NCBI GenBank assembly: GCA_963708295.1
Contig: CAVPSJ010000012.1
Location: 128,001-192,000, forward strand
Direction of reading: 5' to 3'
From: an uncultured delta proteobacterium
Lineage (GTDB): Bacteria > Desulfobacterota > BSN033 > UBA1163
DNA length: 64,000 nt
A model generated the notes under the pieces. That model was not told where the DNA came from and searched no databases. It worked only from the letters and a program-made list of their open reading frames with translations. This document shows, in pieces, positions 49,296 to 58,632 of this stretch (positions within the stretch are counted from its first letter, which is position 1; every line of letters starts with the position of its first letter). The position numbers were made by a program, and so were the translations under genes.

Positions 49296-49639
49296 AATTC
49301 GTACCGACAGCTTTCGGTCTTCCTTCTGAAATGCGGAGAGCCTCTTTCTCATCACACTCACCGCGCCTCCGTGTTTTCCCCTCATTCTCGCTCTATTTCC
49401 TTATCTCCTCATCTCCTAATCTGGTTTTCTGTCTCCCTATCTCTTTATCACCATGTCTCCGTTTCCCGTGTATCCGTGTATCCGTGTCGTTCTTTTTATC
49501 GTCGCCCCATCTCCCCATCACCCTATCTCCTCACCTGCTCCTACGTCTCCCCAATCTCTCTCTGCTTTATTTCCCTGTTGCTATGCAATGTAATCGGAAA
49601 TGTTTGTTCCTTAACTGTCTCACGTCAAAACCCGACGTC
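49296..49639 (-). mobile_element. RAYT relic type 1 interrupted by pyrimidine-rich low-complexity DNA
   Basis: 49296-49366 aligns with 38198-38268; 49573-49639 aligns with 38315-38380. Confidence 0.65.
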
Positions 49640-49694
49640 ATATGCATCCTAATTGGGCAGACCTAATTCATGGATGACGGGTAGACGTTTTGAA

Positions 49695-50066
49695 CTAATC
49701 ATTGATTGGCAGGCTATGGATTCGTAGACGGGTTTGTTCAAGAACGACAATACTCCCCTGCTCCAGTGCCTCCTGGATCTTCGGGAGATTTGACAACAAG
49801 AGAGTAACCTGTTTAGCGGGCCGGCGATCCGATCCCCTTCTGAATAAAATAACGGAGGGTTTACTCTTTTTCCATAACGCCAGGATTGCTCCAAAGTCGG
49901 TGTCCGCCGATATGAGTATAGGCTTTTCAGTTTCAGCAAGTGAGAAGATCTCTTCGTCTTGAGCCTTTTGCAATCCATAATCTCGGATATGCAATGCATC
50001 GTGGCCCGCCTGCCTTAAGCTTTCGGCCACCCATGGGAACAGGGCATTGTCCACGAGGAACTTCAT
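49695..50066 (-). CDS. DUF5615 PIN-like toxin
   Basis: MKFLVDNAL, GHDA.H, D.EI...A, ISADTDFG. Confidence 0.9.
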   Translation of the reverse strand: MKFLVDNALFPWVAESLRQAGHDALHIRDYGLQKAQDEEIFSLAETEKPILISADTDFGAILALWKKSKPSVILFRRGSDRRPAKQVTLLLSNLPKIQEALEQGSIVVLEQTRLRIHSLPIND

Positions 50067-50293
50067 GATCCAGTCACCAGTGGGAGCTCCCGTTCCCGCA
50101 CCGCTTCAGCAGCATACCGAAGAGCTTCCTGGAGATCCTGCCGCTCAAGATCTGGATATGCCCTCAGAATCTCTTCCTCTGTCATACCATCTGCTATCAT
50201 TCCTACAACAGTGGCCACCGGAATGCGTAGTCCGCGGACGCATGGCACGCCTCCCATCTGGTTGGGATTGACCGTGATTCGATTGAATTTCAC
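50063..50293 (-). CDS. DUF433 antitoxin
   Basis: GGVPCVRGLRIPV, EEIL..YPDL...D...AL.YAA; overlaps the toxin start. Confidence 0.92.
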   Translation of the reverse strand: MKFNRITVNPNQMGGVPCVRGLRIPVATVVGMIADGMTEEEILRAYPDLERQDLQEALRYAAEAVRERELPLVTGS

Positions 50294-51288
50294 TTTCTTA
50301 CCTCCCGAAATCTCAATCCAATTGAGCCGCTACCTATAGCACTTCTTCAAATTATTATACATTAAATCTCTTGCCTCCAAAAGGGAATAAATATGGATGT
50401 TTCCTCGAATGCAAATAGAACATGAGATTAAAAATGGAAGCACTTAAAATGGTGCTTCCCGGAGAGGTTCACTCCGTTAGAAATTCTAGTCGTTACGACC
50501 CGAAACCCAGCGGAGCAGATCAAGTGCCCTTTCGGCCAGAGAAGTTATTCCGATGAGGAGAGGGTTGGAACGGGGAACCTTAACTGGGGTTGGTTGATAA
50601 CCACGAGATTTGATTGGTCATCCGTTCCACCCCGACTTTCATAAGGTCATCAACGTCTTGACCGCCCACGCTGTGAGCCACGAGAGGTTGGATAATAACC
50701 ATGAGGTTTGTCCACAAACGAATTGGACACAGTCTGGAACCGAAGATTTTCTGGTCCGTTTGAAACGGAAGGGGTCGCAGAGGAGGAACTCTCGTTTTTC
50801 TGCAGATCTAGAGCCTGATGGGTGACTGGTGCCGTCAAGTCGGTACGACTCGTCCCGAGACGGACACTGCAAACTCCAAAGAAACTACGGCAAAGGAAAA
50901 GATGGGGATGACTCTATTGATTTGTTTCGCCCACTCCGATACGAACGACGCAAGGGGAAGAAGATACTCCTCTTACGCTAGCAATATTTTTTTCTCTTGA
51001 CAGGTGCCTTTTAATGGGTGACCCTCTTTTTTAATACAAAATCTCTCTCCGCCCAAAGCAATCTCCGCAACCACCCCTTCCTGGGTTCCCTGACCTTTTC
51101 AACACTTCTTTGTGGAATAATTCGGGACTTTTGTGAAAAACTCTCTCATTTTTGACTTTTATTAAAATATTGAAGGTTGAGAAAAAAAAGAGTGGTTATG
51201 GGAGCTTATCATGATAGCCGAGACCTGGCATCGAAAATGCATTAACAAGTCGAGGAAGAAGTTTAAAAAGTGAGCAGGGGATTAAGGT

Positions 51289-51498
51289 ATGGTAGGTTAT
51301 AACCTTTACTGCTGGCGTGACCCAAAAGGTTATGAGTTGATCGGGGTGCTGCCGGAAAGGAGAAACGACCCTCTGAGAATAACCCAGGAATCGGTTTTGA
51401 ATTGGGGGCAAAACTTTTTTGCTATGCAGTTGCACCCCGATGACCTGTACTTTATCGAAGTAGAAATAGATGGGGAGGCAATCCCTCAGGACATTTGA
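51289..51498 (+). CDS. Small hypothetical protein
   Basis: 69 aa, LIGVLPERR.DP.RITQESVLNWG; plausible RBS. Confidence 0.65.
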   Translation: MVGYNLYCWRDPKGYELIGVLPERRNDPLRITQESVLNWGQNFFAMQLHPDDLYFIEVEIDGEAIPQDI

Positions 51499-51530
51499 TT
51501 TTCTGTAGTTTCGAACTATTTGATTTGATT

Positions 51531-51545
51531 TGGCATATCGTATGC
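51531..51545 (+). promoter_or_regulatory. Sigma-54 (-24/-12) promoter
   Basis: TGGCATATCGTATGC with exact GG-N10-GC spacing. Confidence 0.6.
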
Positions 51546-51556
51546 TTTTCCCAGGG

Positions 51557-51680
51557 CGAGCGGTTGATACGGCTCATCATCCTGTAACTTCCCTTTCAAA
51601 GCACCTTCGGGGGGTGGATTAGGCAAACCCCCCGCCAATTACTTAAAAGGGGCAGGGTTAGCAATGGCTCATCCTTTTTT
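51557..51680 (+). ncRNA. Candidate sigma-54-dependent small RNA
   Basis: Starts about 12 nt after the -12 GC; no ORF in the track; hairpin at 51609-51632; terminator-like stem with GCAA loop and T run ending at 51680. Confidence 0.4.
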
Positions 51681-51889
51681 ATGCACATTTCGATTCATAA
51701 TCCTCAATCCATAGACACGGATCGGACGTATTGGTGGGTGAACTAAAAACCTTCCTTCCCTGCTCTTCCTGAAAGAGTGATAGTCTAAAATAGAAAATCA
51801 CTTTTGTCCGGTTTATGCGAAGTCATTAGCTGCTCAATGTCCCGAAAGATCATTTTGACTTTCTTATTTTTGTGGTTGAGTAAACCGAT

Positions 51890-53311
51890 ATGAAAAAGTT
51901 AGGGGAACACCTTCCATGGGCAGTCCCGGCACTGAGTAACTTAGCTGCGACCTTACATGGCTGGAGGCTCAATCAACAGCGTTACGGAAATGAATATCAT
52001 CGATGCATCGAAGAGATTCTCCGAAGGGATACATGGAACTCAGAACAGATTTTAAGATACCAAGAAGAAAATCTGCAGCGCCTTATCAAACATGCAGCCA
52101 CGCATGTGCCGTACTACCGAGAGGTATTTAGGCAGCGAGGTTTGTCGCCGGATGACATTAAGAATGTTTCTGACCTACAAAAACTTCCCATCCTTGAAAA
52201 GAGCCAGGTTCGTGATAACCCTCTGAGATTTGTGGATGAGCGGCTCGATATACGACGACTTCACATGGATCGAACCTCGGGTACCACAGGTATCCCGGTT
52301 ACTTTATACAAATCTAATGAGTCCATTCAGCGTCACTATGCCTTCTTCGAGGTGCGCTGTCGCCGTATCGCAGGCTTGCAATATGGTCGTTTACCTTATG
52401 TGATGTTTGGTGCTCAGACGGTCGTCCCTGCCTGGCGCACTAAGCCTCCATTCTGGTGTTACAACTACATTGCAAGGCAACTCTATATGTCAGTCTTCCA
52501 CCTATCCCCCCAATATCTGCCATGGTATTGCCGGGAAATGCGCAGCCGACCTTTTCACGCCATCATGGGTTATCCTTCCAGTTTATACACCGTCGCCCAG
52601 TATATACTCAAAAAGGGTGAACCGACATTTCAAATGTGTTGTGCGATAACCAGCGGGGAAATATTGCACCCACAACAGCGCCGCGAAATCTCTGCCGCCT
52701 TCGGGTGCGAGGTCTTCGATCAGTATGGATGTTCTGAAAATGTGGTCTTTGGTGCTCAGTGCCCTGCAGGCGCCATGCACCTCAGCCCTGACTACAGTGT
52801 GGTGGAAATCGTAGACGATCGCGGTAACCAGATCCCACCCATTCAAAAGGGACAATTGTTATGCACTGGCTTGTTAAATTACGCCCAAGTGCTGATCCGC
52901 TACCAGTTGGGCGACCGCGGCAGCATGAGCACTAATTCCTGCTCTTGTGGACGACCGCTCCCTACATTGGCCTCAATTGACGGTCGTACAAGCGAGGAAC
53001 ACTTTATCACCCGCGACGGCCGGCGGATTACACGCACTGGTACCGTAACGGAGGACGTACCCCACGTGGCCGAGTGCCAGGTCGTGCAGGAGGATTATGA
53101 GCGCTATACGATTAATATCGTTCCTCGCCCCGGCTTCAATGACGCAGACAGGGCTAAATTACACGAGAATCTAACTCAAACGGTAGGTAAGGTCCAGATT
53201 GATGTCAAGGTGGTAGAGCTTCTCGAACGGACACCCAGCGGCAAGGTACTATTGGTAAATTCCAAACTTGAACACTCGGAGCAGGAATCGGTTGGAACAA
53301 GACCAAAGTGA
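51890..53311 (+). CDS. Phenylacetate-CoA ligase family (CapK-like) adenylate-forming protein
   Basis: HVPYYR, LPILEK, TSGTTG, GYPSSL, DQYGCSE, LIRYQLGD, IDGR, TPSGK. Confidence 0.9.
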   Translation: MKKLGEHLPWAVPALSNLAATLHGWRLNQQRYGNEYHRCIEEILRRDTWNSEQILRYQEENLQRLIKHAATHVPYYREVFRQRGLSPDDIKNVSDLQKLPILEKSQVRDNPLRFVDERLDIRRLHMDRTSGTTGIPVTLYKSNESIQRHYAFFEVRCRRIAGLQYGRLPYVMFGAQTVVPAWRTKPPFWCYNYIARQLYMSVFHLSPQYLPWYCREMRSRPFHAIMGYPSSLYTVAQYILKKGEPTFQMCCAITSGEILHPQQRREISAAFGCEVFDQYGCSENVVFGAQCPAGAMHLSPDYSVVEIVDDRGNQIPPIQKGQLLCTGLLNYAQVLIRYQLGDRGSMSTNSCSCGRPLPTLASIDGRTSEEHFITRDGRRITRTGTVTEDVPHVAECQVVQEDYERYTINIVPRPGFNDADRAKLHENLTQTVGKVQIDVKVVELLERTPSGKVLLVNSKLEHSEQESVGTRPK

Positions 53312-53405
53312 GGTGGAAATCAAAGGGCTCTCTTTCATACAGCATGTTTTTTGTTTAGTACGAGAGTGTTTAATTTTAAAAAACTTTTTCAAAGGGTGGA
53401 AACAT

Positions 53406-54494
53406 ATGATAGTAACAATAATAGGAGCTGGAAACGCTGGTTATGCACAAGCCTGCAAGCTGACGGAAAGTGGGCATACCGTAAGGTTATTAAAAACTTC
53501 GCATGCAATACATGAGGAAAGTTTTGAAGAGGTTCAGAGAAATGGGGGCATTTATGCTATTGATACTACCAACAACGAAAATACCTTTTTTGCTAAACTT
53601 GGCAAGATAACTAGAAACGTTAAGGAAGCAATGTTGGGCGCTGATGTGATCATGGTGGTGACGCAGACTCTCTATCATGAATCTATTGCTAAGAAGATTG
53701 CCAAATATATCAAAGAGAACCAATTAGTTATTATTATACCCGGTAATTCGGGAAGTATTCTCTTTAAAAACAATACGAACAAGAAAAATGTTATTCTCTC
53801 GGAAGGAGAATCAATGCCATATGATGCAAGGATTATAGAAAATGGAAAAGTAAGGATATCGTTTAAAAATGTTAGAAATGCATTGTCTTTTTTACCGGCT
53901 TCAAGAAAAGAGGACGGGATGAAAGTTGCATCTAAATTATTTGATACATATAGATATTTCCGGAGACATATTTTCGAATCTGCGTTACATAATCCTAATA
54001 TTGTAGTCCATATTATAGGGACGATCCTCTCGTCTAGCAGGATTGAATACAGTAAAGGGGATTTTTGGATGTATCGTGAAGGTTTTACAGATTCAATTTG
54101 GAACGTAGTAAATGACCTGGATAAGGAAAAAAATGATATTTTGGAGGCATTGGGTTGTGAAAGATTAAACTATTTAGATGCGTGTAAGTTTAGGAATGGA
54201 GAAGATTTAAAGGCCGATTCATTGGAAGTTTTTAAGCAATATGCGCAAAAAGGTGGTCCAAAGGGACCGAGTAGTTTGAATACAAGATTTCTTTATGAAG
54301 ATATTCCAATGGGTCTATGCCTGTTAAGTTCGCTGGGAAAGAAATGTGGCATACCAACCCCTATTTCAGATTCATTAATTAATATGGCTTCGTCACTGTT
54401 AAAGAAAGATTTTTGGAAAGAGGGACGGACATTAGAAACACTTGGATTAGGTAGAATGAGTAAAGAAGAAATGATAAATTATGTAACCAATTAA
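53406..54494 (+). CDS. NAD/NADP opine (octopine/nopaline) dehydrogenase family protein
   Basis: IIGAGNAG, L.NPNIVVH, FWMYREG, LDKE, RFLYEDIPMGL, GRTLETLGL. Confidence 0.9.
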   Translation: MIVTIIGAGNAGYAQACKLTESGHTVRLLKTSHAIHEESFEEVQRNGGIYAIDTTNNENTFFAKLGKITRNVKEAMLGADVIMVVTQTLYHESIAKKIAKYIKENQLVIIIPGNSGSILFKNNTNKKNVILSEGESMPYDARIIENGKVRISFKNVRNALSFLPASRKEDGMKVASKLFDTYRYFRRHIFESALHNPNIVVHIIGTILSSSRIEYSKGDFWMYREGFTDSIWNVVNDLDKEKNDILEALGCERLNYLDACKFRNGEDLKADSLEVFKQYAQKGGPKGPSSLNTRFLYEDIPMGLCLLSSLGKKCGIPTPISDSLINMASSLLKKDFWKEGRTLETLGLGRMSKEEMINYVTN

Positions 54495-54551
54495 GTTTAA
54501 TCACCCCACTCCCAGATCAGAGAGTGATTCAGCTAAACAGAACCAGCTCGT

Positions 54552-55202
54552 TTATTGATACCGCCCACTTTCTGAAATTCTACGGTTTTTTGCGGCTTCA
54601 ATATCCTTAATGTGGTTAATGTGTTGAAAATGGGTTTCCAGCCCTGGGGCCAATCGTTTTTCAGCAATCGATTCTATGATTTCATTAACTTCATTGTCTG
54701 CCAGCACAGTTCGGACCTGTGAACGGATGTACTGAATGTACCCGCGCGGCCCCGTTACGTTCTTTGGCATCTCCGTTTTGAAAGTGCTGTCCCCAATGGA
54801 AACAACAACCGATCGCATCTTATCATCCGGTATTCCCAGAATTTCAGACAATGTCTTCGTATGTTTGTAGTTCTGCCGAAGCGGGTTCTGGAATTTCTCG
54901 GAATGGCGAAATATCTTCTGCGTCCAATAGGCGTCTCCTTCCTTGCCGAATATCCAGCCTCTCAGGTTTTTCGTCTCGACTACAAAAACACCAAAGCGCG
55001 AAACGATGACATGGTCGATTTGTGTCGTTCCCCCGTCTGCCGGAATAGTAACATTCTTAATAAGGTGGTAGACGTTTTTGTCCAAGGAAAACTTCGTTAG
55101 GAGATTAACCTGAAGTTCACCTATCCAGCCTTTGAACCAAGGGTTTTTGAGGATAATAGCAAGAACAGCTATGATCCCGGCCAATATATATATTTTAGTC
55201 AT
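54552..55202 (-). CDS. NERD nuclease-related domain protein
   Basis: KGWIGE, TTQIDHVIVSRFGVFVVETKN.GWI.G, FQNPLRQN. Confidence 0.92.
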   Translation of the reverse strand: MTKIYILAGIIAVLAIILKNPWFKGWIGELQVNLLTKFSLDKNVYHLIKNVTIPADGGTTQIDHVIVSRFGVFVVETKNLRGWIFGKEGDAYWTQKIFRHSEKFQNPLRQNYKHTKTLSEILGIPDDKMRSVVVSIGDSTFKTEMPKNVTGPRGYIQYIRSQVRTVLADNEVNEIIESIAEKRLAPGLETHFQHINHIKDIEAAKNRRISESGRYQ

Positions 55203-55244
55203 CTCTTGACCCCTTAAGGGTAGCTCAAACAAACCTTCATCTTG

Positions 55245-55275
55245 GGTGTCAGGTCTACACTATTCACTACCCGCC
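55245..55275. repeat. GGT(G/A)TCAGGTCTACAC-ATTCACT motif copy
   Basis: Same motif at 37191-37214, 55447-55477 and 56850-56874. Confidence 0.8.
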
Positions 55276-55446
55276 TGCATCAATCGTGTCAGTGTTAGTG
55301 TCTGTGTCAGCATAGAACATCTAAACACCGTGTGAGTGTCCGTGGTAAATAGATAATCCTGTCGAACCAAAAATATTATTGCCCCCTTTTTTACCCTGTT
55401 TTAGAGGTAATACCCTTTCTTCGCCATGGAGCGCCAGCCGCAACTG

Positions 55447-55477
55447 GGTATCAGGTCTACACGATTCACTACCGCCC
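55447..55477. repeat. GGTATCAGGTCTACACGATTCACT motif copy
   Basis: First 24 nt identical to 37191-37214. Confidence 0.85.
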
Positions 55478-55495
55478 ACCTTTCAATTGAGTCTT

Positions 55496-56659
55496 TTATG
55501 AAAGGGCAGATAACAGCTTTTCTATCGACAATGCCTTTATGCCGGGGCGAAGCGCCGAGATGGACTCCTTTCCCTTCGAAGGCCGATAGATGAGAAATCG
55601 ATCGACCTTATAATTGGATACCACCTTTGACAGACGACTGAGAGACTCCGCTGTCTCAGGCCAAACGGTCCGGGAGGCTTTGGCCTCAAGGAGGATAAGT
55701 TTATGGTCCCCCCCGGGAACCAAAAAATCCACCTCAAGGCCTTGCTGATCCCTAAAATAATAGAGCTCTCTTGCTCTTCCCGAATTCATTTGTCGTTTGA
55801 TGATTTCCGACGCAACGAATCCTTCAAAAATAGCTCCCAGAAACGTAGAGCCGTTCAACATCTTTTCAGACTCGATTCCCAGTAAGTGGCAAACAAGACC
55901 TGAATCGAAAAAATAGAGTTTTGGCGATTTGATAAGCCGTTTCCCAAAATTCTCGTAGAAGGGCGGTACAAGAATGATTTGAGAGGTAATTTCAAGAATG
56001 TTCAACCATTCGGAAATCGTTGGTACCGTCACCCCGAGAGGAGCAGCTAAATCCGTGCGATTCAGGATTTGTCCACAGCGGCTCGCTAAGAGCGATAGAA
56101 AACGGCGAAATGTTGCCAGATCCCGTATGGAGCTGATGGCCCGAACATCTCTCTCCAAATAGGTCTGGATATATGACCGAAACCACGTCTGAGAGACCGA
56201 AGGATGAGCGAGGACTTCTGGGAATCCTCCATTCAAGAGAGATACCTTGGGGGTCTCCAGAAGAGAGAGTGTCAACAGATGAAACACAGCGGCTCGACCT
56301 GCCATCGACTCGGTGGCCCCTTTCATGAGGGGAGACTCCTGGGACCCTGTGAGCAACCATTGGCCCTTCTTATTTGGGAATCGGTCAATCTGAGTTCTTA
56401 CATAGCTAAGGATTTCTGGAACATTCTGAATTTCATCAAGAATGGCAGGGGGGCGAATTTCCTCAATAAAGGAATGGGGATCTGCACGGAGGCGTGCGAT
56501 GATGTCTGGATCTTCCAGCAAATAATACTGGGCTTTCGGGAAGAGCTTTCCGAGAAGGGTAGTTTTCCCTGCTCGTCGGGGACCCGTGAGAATGAGCCCC
56601 GAAAAATGTTTCGAAGCTAAAAGGAGTTCTGATTCAATCTTTCGGGGGATGTATTTCAT
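55496..56659 (-). CDS. AAA_14 ATPase with DUF4143 (PD-(D/E)xK-like) domain
   Basis: GPRRAGKTT, LDEIQ, LTGS, ESMAGR, YLERD, KSPKLYFFDSG, EVDF...EAK. Confidence 0.92.
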   Translation of the reverse strand: MKYIPRKIESELLLASKHFSGLILTGPRRAGKTTLLGKLFPKAQYYLLEDPDIIARLRADPHSFIEEIRPPAILDEIQNVPEILSYVRTQIDRFPNKKGQWLLTGSQESPLMKGATESMAGRAAVFHLLTLSLLETPKVSLLNGGFPEVLAHPSVSQTWFRSYIQTYLERDVRAISSIRDLATFRRFLSLLASRCGQILNRTDLAAPLGVTVPTISEWLNILEITSQIILVPPFYENFGKRLIKSPKLYFFDSGLVCHLLGIESEKMLNGSTFLGAIFEGFVASEIIKRQMNSGRARELYYFRDQQGLEVDFLVPGGDHKLILLEAKASRTVWPETAESLSRLSKVVSNYKVDRFLIYRPSKGKESISALRPGIKALSIEKLLSALS

Positions 56660-56719
56660 CTTGAGTATTCTAAACCGTTACTTTAAATAACTCAAATAAA
56701 AAGATGATTTCTTTTTCAC

Positions 56720-56846
56720 GGATCTTACACTCCTTGAGCTCCTTTTTCTTTGAAAGGGCAACCCGTTCATAGAGCATCGCGTTAATCTGTCGATCAAGCT
56801 GCCTGACTGACCAGCCAGCTCTTCGGGTTTCTTCCTCATGCCAGCG
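56720..56846 (-). pseudogene. Fragment of a second YhcG/DUF1016 gene
   Basis: Hand translation RWHEEETRRAGWSVRQLDRQINAMLYERVALSK parallels ERWSTRTLEKKISGMLFERTALSK of the intact neighbour. Confidence 0.7.
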
Positions 56847-56865
56847 TATAGGTCTACACTCTACA

Positions 56866-57045
56866 CTACCCGCCTTCCCCTTTCAATTGTTCCGGAGTCC
56901 TTTCTTCCAGCCAAAGCTTACAGACATTTTTCCAACCAATACGCCGCCATCTTTTGAATACTGCCTTCAAATCCCCCAAATCTTTCGCTTCCAGAAGATC
57001 TTTTTGAGCCGCCTTCAAATCTTCAAGAGATGCAATCGCTGGCAT
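56866..57045 (-). CDS. Small hypothetical protein
   Basis: RBS GGAGG, 59 aa, WRRIGWKNVCKLWLEE. Confidence 0.6.
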   Translation of the reverse strand: MPAIASLEDLKAAQKDLLEAKDLGDLKAVFKRWRRIGWKNVCKLWLEERTPEQLKGEGG

Positions 57046-57133
57046 GGGCACCTCCAACTAACGTAAAAGAAAAACCGCATAGGGCATAGAGCATAGGGTA
57101 AAATTACTGCCGTAAAGCGTCAGGCGTTAGGAG

Positions 57134-58186
57134 TCAGGCATTTCCTGGTTCTTCGCTTTTTTCTTCCAAACGAACCCGCGCCAGAAGTATCGCCTCGTGA
57201 AGCTTCCTCTGTAAAAGCTTCCGAGGGGGAAGCTCTGTCAAATAAGCCGCCACACGAATCCCACTCTTGTCTAGCTGAAGTAACTTGATCTGTTCCTCGG
57301 ATTTGTCGGCACACAAGATTAATCCGATTGGAGAATCCTCTCCGCGTTGTTGCTCATACTTTTCCAGCCACCTAAGATAAAGCTCCATCTGGCCTTTATC
57401 CGCAGCCTGAAATTTTCCTAACTTCAAATCAATGGCTACCAAACGCCGCAGCTTCCGATGGTAAAAGAGCAGGTCGAGGTAATAATCCTCATCGTCTACC
57501 GCCATCCTCTTCTGTCTGGCTACAAAGCTAAAGCCCGCCCCGAGTTCTAAGATGAAGGATTCCAATTCTCTCAGGATGGCTGTCTCAAGGTCCTTCTCGC
57601 TGTAGGTATCCTTCAACCCAAGGAAATCGAGAAAATAGGGATCACGAAAAACAAGATCAGGTGTGAGTTTATCCTCTTCCCGTAATTTAATGAGCTCTTG
57701 TTTGGCCAACTCCGCCGGTTTCTTAGAAAGGGCGGTTCGCTCAAAGAGCATGCCGGAGATTTTCTTTTCGAGAGTCCGCGTGCTCCACCGTTCGATGCGG
57801 CACATTTCCGCATAGAAGTCCCTCTTCAGCGGATCATCCAAAGGGATGATGTGCCGAAAATGGGTCCAGCCCAATTGTGTACTCAGTGCGTTCACAATCT
57901 TCTCGTCCGGGAATACCTCCGCAAACCGTAACATGTGCCACAGGTTTCGAGAGGAAAAACTCAAACCAAATTCAGAGACCAATTGCGTCGACAGTGTCGA
58001 CACAATTTTCTCCCCATAGTCAGCCCGCTCTTCCTTCAGGATGTCTTTGCGGATGCGTTGGCCCACGCGCCAGTAGAGCATTACCAAGGCAGAATTCACC
58101 TGCCGGGCTACATCCTGTCGTGCCTCAATGATCAGGGACCTTAAATCCTGGAACAGGCTGTCTGATATTTGAAGGAGTTTTGTCAT
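57134..58186 (-). CDS. YhcG/DUF1016 PD-(D/E)xK nuclease family protein
   Basis: LYWRVG, L.WTH, RDPYFLDFL, FILELG.GF.FVARQ, DLLFYH..LR, GQMELYL, PIGLILC. Confidence 0.93.
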   Translation of the reverse strand: MTKLLQISDSLFQDLRSLIIEARQDVARQVNSALVMLYWRVGQRIRKDILKEERADYGEKIVSTLSTQLVSEFGLSFSSRNLWHMLRFAEVFPDEKIVNALSTQLGWTHFRHIIPLDDPLKRDFYAEMCRIERWSTRTLEKKISGMLFERTALSKKPAELAKQELIKLREEDKLTPDLVFRDPYFLDFLGLKDTYSEKDLETAILRELESFILELGAGFSFVARQKRMAVDDEDYYLDLLFYHRKLRRLVAIDLKLGKFQAADKGQMELYLRWLEKYEQQRGEDSPIGLILCADKSEEQIKLLQLDKSGIRVAAYLTELPPRKLLQRKLHEAILLARVRLEEKSEEPGNA

Positions 58187-58311
58187 AACCGTTCTGGAGG
58201 CGTGATGGGTAAGGTGTTAAAAATCAGAAGACGAAAAGGCCCATGCCTTTTGAGAACGGGCTTAAAACCAGTCCCAGAACTTTTCAATGTTTGAATCCCC
58301 CACCCGGGTTT

Positions 58312-58373
58312 ACCCCGTCAGAAAGCCCCGCGTGAGGCTTGCTGTTAGAAAGTAGAAGACTTTCTAACGGGGT
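58312..58373. mobile_element. Short inverted copy of the ACCCCGTTAGAAAG element
   Basis: Reverse complement is identical to 28951-28980 for 30 nt and similar for about 20 nt more. Confidence 0.8.
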
Positions 58374-58632
58374 AAACCCTCTCAGAAAAACAACAGGTCG
58401 ACAGTTTGGATTACTTTTAGATCTTATTGGGCGGGAAGTCAATAATAAAATTGCGGAATGCGCGCGGAATCTCTCTCTTTGTCGAGGAACAACCAATGGA
58501 ACAAATTGGCAATCCTAAAAAGATAATTTTCACAATTAGTTTTTGGGATTGACAAACCTTGTGCTCGTGGTACATTTGAACCAAATCTTCTGGCTTATAG
58601 AGCGGGGAAAGAGAAGGGCTCGAAAGGGGGGC

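Noticed and set aside
50436-50470. tRNA 3'-end fragment (att site) on the minus strand
   Set aside because: Ends in ACCA but lacks a TTCRA T-loop; better explained as the arm of the 50436-50459 hairpin.
50610-51000. Short ORFs in the DUF433-upstream intergenic region
   Set aside because: No clear RBS or motifs, and mutually overlapping frames.
54552-58186. Integron cassette array
   Set aside because: No intI, and the intergenic motifs lack the RYYYAAC...GTTRRRY attC architecture.
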